Below, one piece after another: positions 48,248 through 62,923 of a DNA stretch of 64,000 bases. Below the pieces are notes generated by a model. The model saw only the letters and a program-made list of their open reading frames with translations, made no database searches and was not told where the DNA came from. Made by a program: the position numbers and the translations under genes. This stretch comes from Eledone cirrhosa (lineage: Eukaryota), in contig OZ024745.1 in the NCBI GenBank assembly GCA_964016885.1, positions 29,388,001 through 29,452,000 on the forward strand. Direction: 5' to 3'. The stretch's first letter is position 1. Each line of letters starts with the position of its first letter.

Positions 48248-48835
48248 CTGTGTATGATTGTATGTCTGTGTGTATGTATATCTGCATTTGTATGTATATT
48301 TGTGTGTGTCTGTCTATATGTATGTTTGTGTTTATGTCTATGTATATTTGTGTGTCTGTGTATATATGTATATTTGTGTGTGTGTCTGTATGTATATATG
48401 TGTGTGTGTGTCTATATGTATATTTATGTGTCTGTGTCATTGTATGTATATCTTTGTGCATGTCTATATGTGTACCAGTGTGTCTATGTTTATGTATATC
48501 TGTATGTGTATGTATATCTATGTGTCTGTTTGTGTAATATGTGTGTATGTAGCTGGGTGTGTGTGTGTGTGTGTGTTATGCATCTGTATGTATATCTGTA
48601 GATGTCTATCTATAACTGTGTTTGTCTGAGTCTGTGTATATATGTATCTGTATGTGCCTGTGTGTGTGTATATATATATATATATGTGTATGTATATCAG
48701 CATTTGTATGTGTATCTGTATATCTGTGTGCCTGTGTTTCTATATCTGTGTGTGTGTGTGTATCTTTGTATATGTATATTTGTGTGTATGTATATCTGTG
48801 TGTGTGTGTATATTTGTGTGTCTGTGTGATGTGTG
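48120..48835. repeat. Degenerate (TG/TA)n tract
   Basis: Direct reading. Confidence 0.9.
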
Positions 48836-50835
48836 CTCAATTTAGTAAGCCGTTCCTTGGCACTTTTTCAAAGAGACATCACAGAAAGAAACCTGCAACA
48901 AGAATTTTCACCCAGACTTTGGTTTGTCGTTTGTTGCAGGTAAGGGGTGGGTGGGGTTATATGTTTCTTTATTCCAGTTATTTAAAAAAAAATTAACCTG
49001 TGTTAGTCTAGCATCTTATCCAAGAGTGGTTTTCATTCTCATCCACTTCATCTAGCACAAACTGTGAGAAACTAGCACTAGACTTGTGGATTGTAATTAT
49101 ATTTCATCCAATGCCTTGGCAAGCTGAAGCATTGAGGAGGCCTTGACGAAGTCTTGATCAAACTTTCATGAAGCCGTCACAGAACCTTCACAAATCCTTG
49201 ATGAAGGCTTGACTTTAGATCAGAATGTACAGAGCCTGATCACATACCACAATGCATCCTATGTGGCGCTTTAATAATTTTGCCAACAACACTGGCCTCT
49301 GGGCTGGTACTTTAGGTATTGACCCCCCAAATGATGAATAGCAAAGTCAATCTTAGCTGAAATTGAGTGCAGTGAGCTAGAATATTTATTCATGAAAGTT
49401 AGCTGAAAATTTCATAGGCTGACTATGATGGAATGTTGTTAGAGCTGTGAAATCTTGCATGCATTAATTTAAACTCTTCTTATTAATAACTACATTGTTT
49501 CTTTCCAGGAACTATGTTGAAAAATAAACCTTATTTGGTAATTCCATGAGAGTATCTTGGTCAGACTAAGAACTTTTCAGCCGACCCTCATGTTTATTTA
49601 TTTAATCAATTTAAACGTCCGTGTAGAGCTAGTAAGTCATAACAGACTAGAGGAGGTATCTAGTACCTCTTACAAGAAACAAAAACAAGAAAGAGAATGA
49701 AATTTGTGTTTTAAGATTCTTTTTACATAAATGTGGACATCATTGTTTAATGTCTATTTATCCTGCTTGCAGTGGGTTAGATGGCTGGATAGGTGACTTG
49801 AGGCCAGACTGGACAGGTGACTTGGTCCAGCTTGTACGCTTTACTTTGGCTTGTTTCTAAGGCTGGATGCTCTTTCTAACATACAAACATTATATACATA
49901 CAAATATGTACACACACACACACACACATATATATATACACACACTCACATACAAATAAATTATACTAAAACCCTGGTTAATGTTTCTAAAAGGTAGATT
50001 TAAGATGTTTCACAAATCTTTGATTGATTTGTAGATTTCCACAAATGTTTAACCACCACCACCACCACAACAACAACCAGCCAACCTTCACTTTCCTTCA
50101 TTATTGACATTAATTTGGAACAAAAGACCATTTATTTTCTCTAATGTAATTCTCAGGAATTATTTCACACACCTCTAGGCTCTCTCTCTTTCCTCTCTCT
50201 ATCTACTTATTAAAATATCTATTTAGCTATCTCTTTCCTTCCTCTCTTTCCTTTCTCTCTCTGTATCTCTTTCTCTCATAATCTCTCTTCCCTACTCTCC
50301 CCCACACTCTCTTCCTCACTCTCTCCTCTCTCTCCCCTCTCTATTTCTCTCCCTCACACACACTCTTTCTCTCTCACCTCTCTTTCTCTTTTTCTGACAT
50401 GAACTTATAGCATAAGCTAACAGCAAATTTAAATATCATGCCTCCCTCTCACAAGACACTGGCATGGCTGTGTGTTTAAGGGGTTTTCTTTGCAAACACA
50501 TGGCTTTAGGTTCAGTCCTACTGTGTGGCACCTTGGGCAACTGTCTTCTACTATAACCTTGGGTTAACCAATGCTTTGAGTGAAATTTAGTAGGTGTGTG
50601 AAAGCCCATTAATAGATATATCATCATCGCCATCATATATGACCCACAACCTCTCTAGTGTTAATGCCATGATAAAATTCATCCGGTACACCCTATAAAG
50701 TAGCTGGCATTAGGAAGAACATCCAGCTGTAAACCTGCAAAATAAAGGGGCAAGAGAACTTTTCAGTTGTGTCAAAGACACGACAACCTCTCTAGTGCTG
50801 ATGCAATGACAAAATGCACTGAGCACATTCTGTAA

Positions 50836-51115
50836 AACATTTTTTCACGTTGCTGTAGCATGGAACAAACTACCTGCATCATTGTTAGCTGCGAGACACT
50901 GCATCCTTCAAAACTTTGATGCTTCCCAAAAATTCGTCAACACTACACCTCATATCCCCCTCCATACACACACATGCATGTGTCTGTGTGTATATCATGA
51001 CTCATACACTGTTTGCTTTCCTGACATTTGTATATTATTTTATGTACTATACATGCACCTTTGATGAGTTGTAGTACACCTGAGCATGGTACACAATAAT
51101 TTTCATTATTATTAT
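50836..51115 (+). mobile_element. 3' fragment of the CR1-like LINE
   Basis: Homologous to about 22686-23100. Confidence 0.82.
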
Positions 51116-51180
51116 TTTTTATGACCAAATGGGTGTTAAAATGGTGATTATTTTCTTATTTTCTTCTTCTCTATTTCCAG

Positions 51181-51300
51181 ACTGGAGAGATGGAAGTGAA
51201 AAACCCTCTATTTAGTGATGAATCCTCGAATTTCGGTCGGTCCAGTGCTGTTAGCAATGGGACGGCTGGTCATCAGAAGGCAGTCAAGGATGCTGAGTAA
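51181..51300 (+). CDS. NPDC1: NPDC1-like last coding exon: TGEMEVKNPLFSDESSNFGRSSAVSNGTAGHQKAVKDAE*
   Basis: Polypyrimidine tract and CAG acceptor; continues GLAP-TGEMEV.NPLF; TAA at 51298-51300. Confidence 0.93.
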   Translation, partial: TGEMEVKNPLFSDESSNFGRSSAVSNGTAGHQKAVKDAE

Positions 51301-52438
51301 CAGTGACTGCACCACTTTGGTCAGCATCAACTGACCATTTACAAATTTTCAATATATGTAGAAAATACACAAACACACACACTCATTTATATATATATAT
51401 ATACACACAAACATATATATATATATATGCGTGTGTGTATGTGTATATATATATATGTGTATGTATATATATATATTAATACACATATATAGATATCGTA
51501 CATATATTTACACACATATACATACACACATATATATAGAGATACAAATACACACACATGTATATGTATATTAGGCTTTTGAGTTTCTTTTTAAAAAAAT
51601 TGTTAAATCCAACCAACATACTTTTATTGTTGTTTTTCCAACTCCCATTCTATCATCCCCTCCATTCTCTTACACCCCCCTACTTCTCTACAATGCCCAC
51701 CCTTTCCTACCTCACCCATCCTACTACCATCTTCCATACATTACCCTCCCCCTAATTCTGCCCCTCCCCCTCACCCTTTACCTTCACCCATCCCACCCAT
51801 CCTATTACCATCCTCCATACAGCCCACTTCTTTCCTGCTTACTGCTGTCACTACACCATCCCCTTCCGCACATCCACCTGTCCCCCCCCCATCCTCCATT
51901 GCTCCCCCCTCCACACCTCACTCCTCACCCACTTCTCCTTCCTGCCCATCCATCTCCACTTCTACTCGTCCCTATATATTTTGTCAAAACCTCCCCTCCT
52001 CATGTGTTATCTTCAAAATCTTCTAGAAACCAAACACCTCCAAAATATCTGCTGCTTTTTCTTTCCTATTTTTTTTTCTCTCTTTCACGTTGTCTGAGCA
52101 GACAGCCTTGTTGGGGCCCTTCTGCTGTGGTGGCACTATTGGGGAGCTATGGTGACACTACTGTGGCACTATAGTAACATTATAGAGATGCTATGGTGAT
52201 GCTATAGTGACAATATGGTGACACTATGGTTATGCTATTCCCACACTATGGTGAAACGATGGTGACACTATTGTGTTACTATGGCAACATTATGGTGGCA
52301 CTATTGTAGAGCTCGGGTGGCATTATGGTTGACAGCTGTCAACAGGAATCTCTTATTTTTAAAGATAAATTCTTCCAATTCTAAACTTTTACCAATGTCT
52401 ATTTCTTTTAGATGTGTGTGCATATATGTGTGTATGTT

Positions 52439-52482
<44 letters not shown>

Positions 52483-53539
52483 AAAACTCAAGTGTCCCAT
52501 GACAACCACTTTAGGGTAGATTTGTTAGAGAAATGGTGATTTGATATCTTCCCTACCTCTTTCTCTCTCTCACAGTGTTGACAAGCTGGTCAGTGGTCAG
52601 TAACTGCTATGTATAGCTATTTATCTACCTTTAGGCAATAAAAACATCTATCTATTTACCTATGCTTGTATCTATCTATCTGTCTATCTACATAATTATT
52701 TATCGACCTAGATATCTGTCTATCTGTATCTCTACCTACCTATCTTTCTATCTGTCTGTATTTCTGACTGTCGATCTATAGTTATCTATTTATGTATATT
52801 TACTGTTGTATTTATTTTTGGACAATAATAACAACAGCACAAATCCCAATTGAAGTCCAAAGATAGATAGATAGGTTGGTAGATCAGTTATTGAAATTTC
52901 GTGCATATATGTTTAGTATTGATTAAAGTAAATACGGAAGAAAATTATTGTAATTGATTTAAATGAACGAAAAATGATATACAGCGATGACCAGAGTGAT
53001 AGAAGTGAGAAGTAGATGGGAAATCAAAGATTCAAGCATCTTTACATAGAATGTTGTAATCAAAGAATTATTAAAATAAATATTTCTTTCTATAAACCCT
53101 ATTATTTTTGACAAGTATTATGCTAGTATACATACATATATATATATTGTTCTTGTGAACAAAATATAGTACTCAAATACAAGATACAAAATAACGTACT
53201 CAGTACTTCAGAGAATAGAGCGTGCGTTATATCTTCTTATTAATAACTAGTAATCTAAACTATATTCACACACACACACACACACACTCACACTCACACA
53301 CTCACACACACACACATACACACACACACACACACAGTAAATTATATATATATATATATATACACGCACGCAAACATTAATTTCTGTTAAAATTGGTGGT
53401 CATTGTCAGAAGTTTTTGGTATTTCCTATAAAATGGTTCTTATCTTTCTCTGGCACCAGAACTACCTTTTACTATGTTTTATTTTATTTTACTGCAAAGT
53501 TGCTTTCCTACATTTCCTGTTAACTACATAACTATTTTA

Positions 53540-54600
53540 TTATACAGCTGTTTTATTAAATCGTTCTTTTGCTACAGTTTGGTTTTATTACATAGTTGTT
53601 TTATTAAATCGTTCTTTTGCTACAGTTCGGTTTTATTACATAGTTGTTTTATTAAATCGTTCTTTTGCTACAGTTTGGTTTTATTACATAGTTGTTTTAT
53701 TAAATCGTTCTTTTGCTACAGTTCGGTTTTATTACATAGTTGTTTTATTAAATAGTTCTTTTGCTACAGTTCGGTTTTATTACATAGTTGTTTTATTAAA
53801 TCGTTCTTTTGCTACAGTTCGGTTTTATTACATAGCTGTTTTATTAAATCGTTCTTTTGCTACAGTTCGGTTTTATTACATAGTTGTTTTATTAAATCGT
53901 TCTTTTGCTACAGTTCGGTTTTATTACATAGCTGTTTTATTAAATAGTTCTTTTACTACAGTTTGGTTTTACTACATAGTTGTTTTATTAGATCGTTCTT
54001 TTGCTACAGTTCGGTTTTATTACATAGTTGTTTTATTAAATCGTTCTTTTGCTACAGTTCGGTTTTATTACATAGTTGTTTTATTAAATCGTTCTTTTGC
54101 TACAGTTCGGTTTTATTACATAGTTGTTTTATTAAGTAGTTCTTTTACTCCATAGTTGTTTTATTAAATAGTTCTTTTGCTACAGTTCGGTTTTATTACA
54201 TAGTTGTTTTATTAAATAGTTCTTTTGCTACAGTTCGGTTTTATTACATAGCTGTTTTATTAAATAGTTCTTTTGCTACAGTTCGGTTTTATTACATAGT
54301 TGTTTTATTAAGTAGTTCTTTTACTCCATAGTTGTTTTATTAAATAGTTCTTTTGCTACAGTTTGGTTTTATTACATAGCTGTTTTATTAAATAGTTCTT
54401 TTGCTACAGTTTGGTTTTATTACATAGTTGTTTTATTAAATAGTTCTTTTGCTACAGTTTGGTTTTATTACATAGTTGTTTTATTAAATAGTTTTTTTGC
54501 TACAGTTCGGTTTTACTACATAGTTGTTTTTATTAAATAGTTCTTTTACTACAGTTAGGTTTTACTACATAGATGTTTCATTAAATAGCTGATTTACTAC
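53540..54600. repeat. 48-bp minisatellite TACATAGTTGTTTTATTAAATCGTTCTTTTGCTACAGTTCGGTTTTAT, about 21 copies
   Basis: Period 48 (53581, 53629, ...). Confidence 0.95.
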
Positions 54601-55539
54601 AGTTTTTTTAAAACTATATAGCTGTTTTATTCCAGTTTCTCTTCTTACTATTTAGCTGTTTACTATTTTATTAAATATCTCTTTTACCTATATGGCTATT
54701 CTACACCATAGCTGTTTTTCGTATTGCTCTTCCTTCTTAACTATTTTAACAGATTTTTCAGTAAAAGCTCTGAATTCTTCTACCTATAAGGGTTGTGAAA
54801 TAAAACTTCAAGCCAAAATTTATTTTTACTGGGACCAAATTTAAAACAATTGGGAAATGTTTTAAAAATTTAATTTATACCATTAAAAAAAATTATTAAA
54901 AAAAAATTTTTCTTTTCTCTTAAAAACTAATAAATCTTTTTCCTCTCGAAATGTTGACCTTTTTAACCTTTCACCCTTCCTCTGTATTCTTCCACCTAAA
55001 ATATATTTTTGCTAACCATTTTTTTTTCATTTTTTTCATGTTATTAAATCATGAATAATAATATCAATAATAATAATAATATTAATAATAATATTAATAT
55101 TAATAACTGCTTCAAGCATACATTGAGAGATTTTGGTAAACAATTCTTATTCTAATTGGGGCATTTTTTCCAAATATTCTTCTTCAGACCAGCTTTCTAG
55201 ATTTTGGTTAATAACCTATTTAGAAATACTTAATCCTAATCGCATTTAATTATCCTTTGTGTATATGGGCATGTATGTACGTATGCATGTATGTAAGTGT
55301 GTGTATGTGTGTGTGTGTATATACACACACACACGTTAAAGGAGTGAATGCATGTAAATATTTACTTACATATTTGTGTGACAATAGATAAATATGTATA
55401 TGCATGTTCAATTATAATTATATATATATGCATATAATATATATATACACAAGTATGTATATATGTATGCATATATACATGTGCATATGTATGTATATAT
55501 GTATGCATATATACATGTGCATATGTATGTATATGTACA

Positions 55540-55571
<32 letters not shown>

Positions 55572-55793
55572 CACGTGTATGTATATATATATATATATAT
55601 ACATGTGTATGTATGTATGTATATATATATATATATCTATATCTATATATACATACATACACACGTGTATGTATGTATATGTGTATAAATATGTGTGTGT
55701 GTGTGTGTGTATGTATATGTACATATATATATATATATATATATCTATATATACATACATACACACGTGTATGTATGTATATGTGTATAAATA

Positions 55794-55830
<37 letters not shown>

Positions 55831-56082
55831 TTATAGCATATATATATATAATGTGCACCAGCATAGCCATAGCCAGTGTGCTGAAACGAGTACAAGAATA
55901 TATACACCCACATACATGAGCTGTACCCATATGTATTTCAAATATGAATCCATGTAAAAAAACGTATATATGCACTACACACAATTGTGCACTCATATAG
56001 GTACATATAAACACTGTATACACCTGCACACATACACTGCACCTGTTTGTGCACATATAAACACTGCATACAACTACACATA

Positions 56083-56139
<57 letters not shown>

Positions 56140-56144
<5 letters not shown>

Positions 56145-56286
56145 CATACTACAGTTGCACACACATAAATGTATATATATTTATATATACACTTGCATAC
56201 ATATGTACATATAAACACTGCATACAGCTATACACACATATATATACATACTTCACAATTGCACACATATATGTATGTATATATAC

Positions 56287-56356
<70 letters not shown>

Positions 56357-56503
56357 GTATACATACTACAGTTGCACACACATAAATGTATATATATTTA
56401 TATATACACTTGCATACATATGTACATATAAACACTGCATACAGCTATACACACATATATATACATACTTCACAATTGCACACATATATGTATGTATATA
56501 TAC

Positions 56504-56547
<44 letters not shown>

Positions 56548-56699
56548 GTATACATACTACAGTTGCACACACATAAATGTATATATATTTATATATACAC
56601 TTGCATACATATGTACATATAAACACTGCATACAGCTATACACACATATATATACATACTTCACAATTGCACACATATATGTATGTATATATACGTATA

Positions 56700-56748
<49 letters not shown>

Positions 56749-56940
56749 GTATACATACTACAGTTGCACACACATAAATGTATATATATTTATATATACA
56801 CTTGCATACATATGTACATATAAACACTGCATACAGCTATACACACATATATATACATACTTCACAATTGCACACATATATGTATGTATATATATATATA
56901 TATATTTATATATACACATGTATACATATGTACATATAAA
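56140..56940. repeat. Four tandem ~200-bp units, each ending in a variable-length (TA)n
   Basis: Unit starts near 56143, 56360, 56551 and 56752. Confidence 0.9.
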
Positions 56941-57296
56941 CGTTGCATACTGCAGCACACTCACACGCATATACATGCATACATATGTACACTACACACA
57001 GTTGCATACAAAAATCCATGTGCATTTATATGCAGTATATATAATTCTGCAGATGTACATTTTATTGCAGTGTAACAGATATCTGGCAACTAATGAACTG
57101 CAGTTGCCTATGTTGTTGTCTTAGATGTTAAGAAAAATCATTGTGATATTAATCCTACCCCACCCCTCCTCGCGGTCCCACTTATTGATTTGCCCATCAA
57201 AAGATCAAAGTGCAATGCACTGCTCTCCCAACATGGCCCTCACCCCTGTAGATTTGTTTTTGTTTTCCCTTGTTCTTATTACTGTGTTAACGTGCC

Positions 57297-57302
57297 AATA
57301 AA
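57297..57302 (+). promoter_or_regulatory. Candidate polyadenylation signal for the NPDC1-like gene
   Basis: AATAAA ending a unique, non-repetitive block (about 57060-57320), followed by T/GT-rich sequence; other AATAAA hexamers also occur upstream. Confidence 0.3.
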
Positions 57303-57469
57303 CCACAAAAAAATATATACATGATTCATTTTGAGTTTGTCTTGCTTATTGCTTTGACCATTTCACGATCATATTTGTAGCAAAATACACTTGATTTTAC
57401 TTAATTAATTAAGAATTTTGAGGGATTTACTAAAATTATTATTTCATGTAGCAAGGAGATACATGTAAG

Positions 57470-57910
57470 AGCAAAACTCACTATCTTTAATTTGGTGTTC
57501 ATGCCTATCCTTACCTATGGTCATGAATCTTGGATAATGACTGAAAAAATACAATCACAAATACAAACACCCAAAATAGGGTTCCTCAGAAGGGTCTTTG
57601 GAGTAATGTTATTTGATGGAGTGTGTAGCTCAGAGATCAGAGCTGTTATTTCTCCAAATTAAGAGATCACAACTCCAATGCAATGGACATGAAGTTAGAA
57701 TGTCTAAGGAATGAATTGCTGTACAGATTTTATGGGCAGAGCCAACTGATAGGAGAGCCACAGATAGATGACAAGCAAAATGGTTAGATAACATCTGCAA
57801 GTTCAGTTAGTCTCATTTGGAGATCCAGCAAGATCATTTGGAGACGGTTGCTTCTGATAGAACCCTCAGAAAGGCTTGTCTGAAGACTGTGCCCTCACGA
57901 CCCTGCCAGG
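57470..57910 (+). pseudogene. Old LINE (RTE-like) C-terminal remnant of a different family
   Basis: Translates in part to PILTYGHESWIMT. Confidence 0.55.
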
Positions 57911-59099
57911 AATATGTGGGCAAAGAAAAAGAAGTTACTTATATAACATTGTGGGAAGATTTTAATTTAAATAGGAACCCTTTAAAATGGGTATTTTTTC
58001 GTAGAACCAGAGCCTGGTAGGTATCAAAAGGATTTAACATTTTTGTCATTTTCTATGATTTTCAAATCATTTCGAAAATGATCAAACATTTTGAGGGATT
58101 TGGTAAAATATCCTTCTCATGATTATGTTGGTGTTTGGAACATTAGTTAAGTTCTTCCATAAAATTATGATGTAAGATTTTTAGATAAATAGAATCACTT
58201 TAACTTGTTAGTTACTATATTTCTAATGAAAGATACTGCCTATGATTTTCAAATAATTTAGAAAATAATAAAGATGATGATCAAGAATTTGTAGGGATAG
58301 AACAATATAATTAACTTTCTCATTATTTATCTGCTGTTTAGGGTGGTGGATTGGCTGAAGTGTGGTATAGGACTAAACAAAAACGGTATGCATGGTTTTA
58401 GTAAGAGTAAGATTAAAGTAAATAAAAGGGAAATATTTACAATTCAGCCATCAAAATCACTGGTGAAACTAATAACAATGTTACTAATAAGTTTGATCTT
58501 GCCTTTTGCTTTCATTATCAGAAACTATAATTAGACTAAATCTGATCCAATTAAAAAAACAATAAACAGTATAGTCATATACAACATAATATAATTACAA
58601 ATATATGCCAAAACTAGATAGAACATATGTAAGCAAGACATGGTTCCCCATAACTCATCTATGAGAATAGTAGCTCCAATTAAGTATTGACTTGGTCTAT
58701 AATGACCTATACACCCTATATCAGCTTGGAAAAATGATGGTGATAAGTTTTTTACAACAGTTTAACTAGTTCAGCACAACACTCGATCATACCTATGATA
58801 AAAAAAACAAAACAAAAACACGACTAAAATATTAGTTACAAAATGGCGACAACATAGTTTTGTACATAGATTACTAAAGAGATTTGCAGTATTTTTTTTT
58901 TCTTTGTTTCAAATCTTCATTATAAGTTTCTGGTGAATAATTGATGAAAACTACACAGGATGTTTTTACTCAATTTGTTGGACATTTTCTATCTTGTCAA
59001 CATATCTTGTTTCCACACCATCCATTAATAGATTTCTTAAGTGAAGTTGATGACTTGATAAATATTTTAAAACATCAATTCTTACATTATGTATATATA

Positions 59100-59430
59100 A
59101 AAGTGAAAGGCAGATTGTATGGTGCTGCATGATAGTGATACTTGGGCTTTGTGTGTTGAAGACTTACGAAGATTGGAAAGAAATGAAGTGAGCATGCTCC
59201 AATGGGTGTGTAACAGTAATTATACATGAATGGTGAAGCATCAATGAACGGAGAGAAATTTGTAAAGTACAGAGACTAGGTGCAATGAGTAGAAGAGACT
59301 GCATATGATGTATATGACAGATGACAGCTGCATAAAGAAATGCAGAGTGCTCAAAGTTGATGGGACTTATGAAACAAGATATAAAAGTAATTGTGATGAT
59401 GAGGTGAAGGCAGAGCTCATGTAACTTCAA
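59100..59430 (+). pseudogene. Old RTE remnant
   Basis: KGRLY... and EDLRRLERNE-like remnants. Confidence 0.55.
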
Positions 59431-60969
59431 GCCAGATTGACTGACAACCAGACAGGGCAGCCAGACAGCCAGAACTAACCAGCCAGCCAGAAAACCAGTC
59501 AGACAGTCAGCCTTCCTGCCTCATTAATAAAACTTAACCTTTTCTTTATTATACTTCTAATAAATGCCTGTAATATTTGAAATAATTTTGAAAACAAAGA
59601 ATTTGGAAGGATTTAGTCATATAACTTTCCCATTATTAAGTTGGTGTTTGGAACACAACTTAACAAAGGTTCTTACATAAAATTATGATGGAAGATTTTT
59701 AGAGAAATATAAACACTTTAACATTTTCCTTACTATATTTCTAATAAAAGATGCTGCTTACAATTTTAAAATTTATCAATAATTTGGAGGGATTTAGTAA
59801 TACAACTATGTTTGTCATTATTCAACTAAATATAAACACTTTAAAATTGTTTGATATCATAGAACTACTGGTAGTATCTGGTGGAGTAGTATCAACAAGT
59901 TTAAGATTGTGTTTGGAACATAACTTAAGAAAGGTTTTTATATAGAAATATGATGGAATATTTTTAGATAAATATAAACAGTTTTGTATCATAGAACGAA
60001 GGGCTGTTTGTTAGAAATATGGTAACAAAAGGATATATATTTATCTAAAAACCTTTCCTTATATTTTTATCTAAGAACATTTGAGTTATGTTTCAAAATA
60101 AACAGCTTTGTATTGTAGAAACAGGAGTGGTATCAGGCGATTTAGTATCAGAAGAAATATAAATGTTAAACCACTGGATATCTGCACTAGAAGAGAAAGT
60201 TAAACTGAAATAATTTCCTTATTTTTTGAAAGTGGAATCACGTTTAGCAAGAAACTTTGTGAAAAATTCTATTGCCATGTCACAGCTGCTGCCAAATATC
60301 TATGACATACCATATTTGGAAATGTCAGGTGACTTTCCATGAGGAATTATATTTGATTCTGACATAACATGTTTTGTTTATTCCCCCTCACCCTCATATC
60401 ACACTCCACTCTCACTCACCCTTCCACCACTTTCATTTACCCTTGCACCACTCTCAATGCCCCTCCACCCATTTCATTCTTCAAACCCACTCACCTCTGC
60501 CACTATTCACACTTATCCTCCAATCACTCTCACCCATCCTCTCACCATTCACATTTACCCTCCCATCATTCTCACTCATCCTCACACAATTTTTCACTTC
60601 CACCTAGATCTAGTCACAACTTCCACCCTACACTTCACCATTTACTTCCACCTAAAATATCAAACTCCTGCCTAGAGGTAATTACAAGCTCCCCCACCAA
60701 ACATTACCTCTCACTCCCACCTAAAGCCACAAGTTACATCTTAAACACCGTTCTTCACTTCTACCTATACTACCTACAAATTCCACCCTACACATGACCC
60801 TTCATTTAAACACCACTTTTCACTTTCACATAAGTTCACTAGATCCACTTTACACTTCCACCCTTCACTAGCCACAAATCCCACCCCCTACCAAACATCA
60901 GCCTTCACCTCCACTCAGAGCTACAAGTTCCCTCATTCACTCTTTGTTAGTCACAGTTCCACCTTAAAT

Positions 60970-61375
60970 TTCCACCATTCCACCTTCCACTCCCATCTAG
61001 AGCTAGCCACAAGTGCCACTATACACTTCCACCATTCCACCTTCCACTCCCATCTAGAGCTAGCCACAAGTGCCACTATACACTTCCACCATTCCACCTT
61101 CCACTCCCATCTAGAGCTAGCCACAAGTGCCACTATACACTTCCACCATTCCACCTTCCACTCCCATCTAGAGCTAGCCACAAGTGCCACTATACACTTC
61201 CACCATTCCACCTTCCACTCCCATCTAGAGCTAGCCACAAGTGCCACTATACACTTCCACCATTCCACCTTCCACTATACTCTTCCACTCCCATCTAGAG
61301 CTAGCCACAAGTGCCACTATGCACTTCCACCATTCCACCTTCCACTCCCATCTAGAGCTAGCCACAAGTGCCACC
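60970..61375. repeat. 57-bp minisatellite, about 7 copies
   Basis: TTCCACCATTCCACCTTCCACTCCCATCTAGAGCTAGCCACAAGTGCCACTATACAC. Confidence 0.95.
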
Positions 61376-62199
61376 CTTCGCTAGCCACAATTTCACCTTT
61401 AATTCCCAGAGTAACTTTAATAAAATATTATTGATTACCTGAAATCAATACTTAATTAACTCTCACTCACTTGAATTGTCTTTTATTCATTTCCCAGCAA
61501 AGTCAATAACTAACATAGAGGATTATATTTCTGATATACCAACATATATTCTGCCAATATGGCCTACAGAGGAAATCATTTCCATTTCAGTTCTAAGATT
61601 TCTTAAATCAAAAGAAAGTTTATCCTCCAGAATGGAATTGTTTAAAGAATTCCATTATTCAAAAAGAGTAGAACTTATAAAAGAAATTGGAATTTAGGAT
61701 TGCTTTGGAAAAGCTGGTATAATGGAAGTTAGAATTCATCATCATCATCATTTAATGTCTGTTTTCAGAGCTAGTGAGGATTATATGGATTGTCAGATAA
61801 AATCATTACTTAGCTGAGGCTATTGACCTCTCAGACCAGCCCAGGGAGGGCTGCATCCTGCTTATATACATTCCTGCATTCTACAGTATGTACTAAATGT
61901 GTTTTATCATAGCATCATTACTAGGGATATTGTCATATCTTTGACACAACTGAAGAGCCCTCTTGACTCTTTATTTAGCAATTTTTACTACAACTAGATG
62001 CCTTTACTACCACCAACCACTTTACAGAGTGTACTTGGCGTATTTTTTGTTGCACCAGCACTAGAAATATTGTTGTCATGAGTGTTTTGGGAAAGGTTTC
62101 TACAGCTGAAAGCTATTCCTAAATACATGAGTAATAACTACAGTAGAGGAAAATAATTGTTACTACATATTGCAGTAATTTACAAGGCTAGTAATCTAC

Positions 62200-62399
62200 A
62201 TGGCCAGTAATTTATGGGGAAGGGGGAAGTTGATTAGATCAACTCCAGTACTTAGCTGGTACTTTATTTCATCGACCATGAAACGATGAAAAGCAAAGTT
62301 CACCTTAGTGGGATTTGAACTCAGAACATAAAGGGCCATGACTAAATGCCATAAAGCATTTTGTCCAAAGCTCTACCAATACTGCCAATCTACTGCCCT
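62200..62399 (-). mobile_element. Diverged SINE family A
   Basis: ggtactttatttcatcgacc...gggatttgaactcagaac...ctaccaatactgccaatc. Confidence 0.75.
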
Positions 62400-62669
62400 G
62401 ACAGGAGAAAAAATAATAAAAACAAAACCACTTTACACTCTTACCTAACCTCGAAATATAAAGCAAAAATGTAAAATCTTGTTTTGTTTTTCTTTCAAAT
62501 AAATATAGAGTCTCACTGTGGGTACTTTAAGCTGTGATCATGTCACAGCAACCTCATCATCAGGTTAAGGGTGAAAAAATCATAGTGAGACTTTTGTATG
62601 GTAAATATACATAAAAATATCATATATGTTTTCATATACACTCCTATGATGACCCCATTATATTTGTAC

Positions 62670-62787
62670 GGTCTGAGTTCAAATCCCGCTGAGGTTCACT
62701 TTGCCTTTCATCCTTACAGGGTTGATAAAATAAAGTACCAGTAATACACTGGGATAATTGCTGGCATTGTGCCAAAAAGTAGAAACA
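62670..62787 (+). mobile_element. SINE family A, 5'-truncated, 13-bp TSD ATTATATTTGTAC
   Basis: TSD at 62657-62669 and 62788-62800. Confidence 0.9.
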
Positions 62788-62874
62788 ATTATATTTGTAC
62801 TACATGCAAATAATCCAACCAATGCAACATATGTATTAACCATATAGGCTTTAGCCTATTTTTGTCTCAGTAGT

Positions 62875-62923
62875 GAGTGTCACTGATGATGGATAACAAT
62901 CCAGAAACAGCTGTCTGGCATTC
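62875..62923 (+). ncRNA. Type I hammerhead ribozyme with GUC cleavage triplet
   Basis: gagtgtca CTGATGA tggat aaca atcca GAAA cagctg TC tggcattc; 8-bp stem I, palindromic stem III acagctgt. Confidence 0.85.

Noticed and set aside
56140-56940. Repeat-spacer pattern resembling a CRISPR array
   Set aside because: The spacers are only (TA)n of varying length; eukaryotic context and no cas genes. The 48-bp and 57-bp arrays have no spacers
57360-60200. Recurring AT-rich ~190-bp motif (GAGGGATTTAGTAA...TTGGTGTTTGGAACA)
   Set aside because: Probably old MITE-derived repeats; too degenerate to assign boundaries or class
60951-61268. ORF with a 19-aa Trp-rich repeat
   Set aside because: Translation of the 57-bp minisatellite; identical units and no splice or start context
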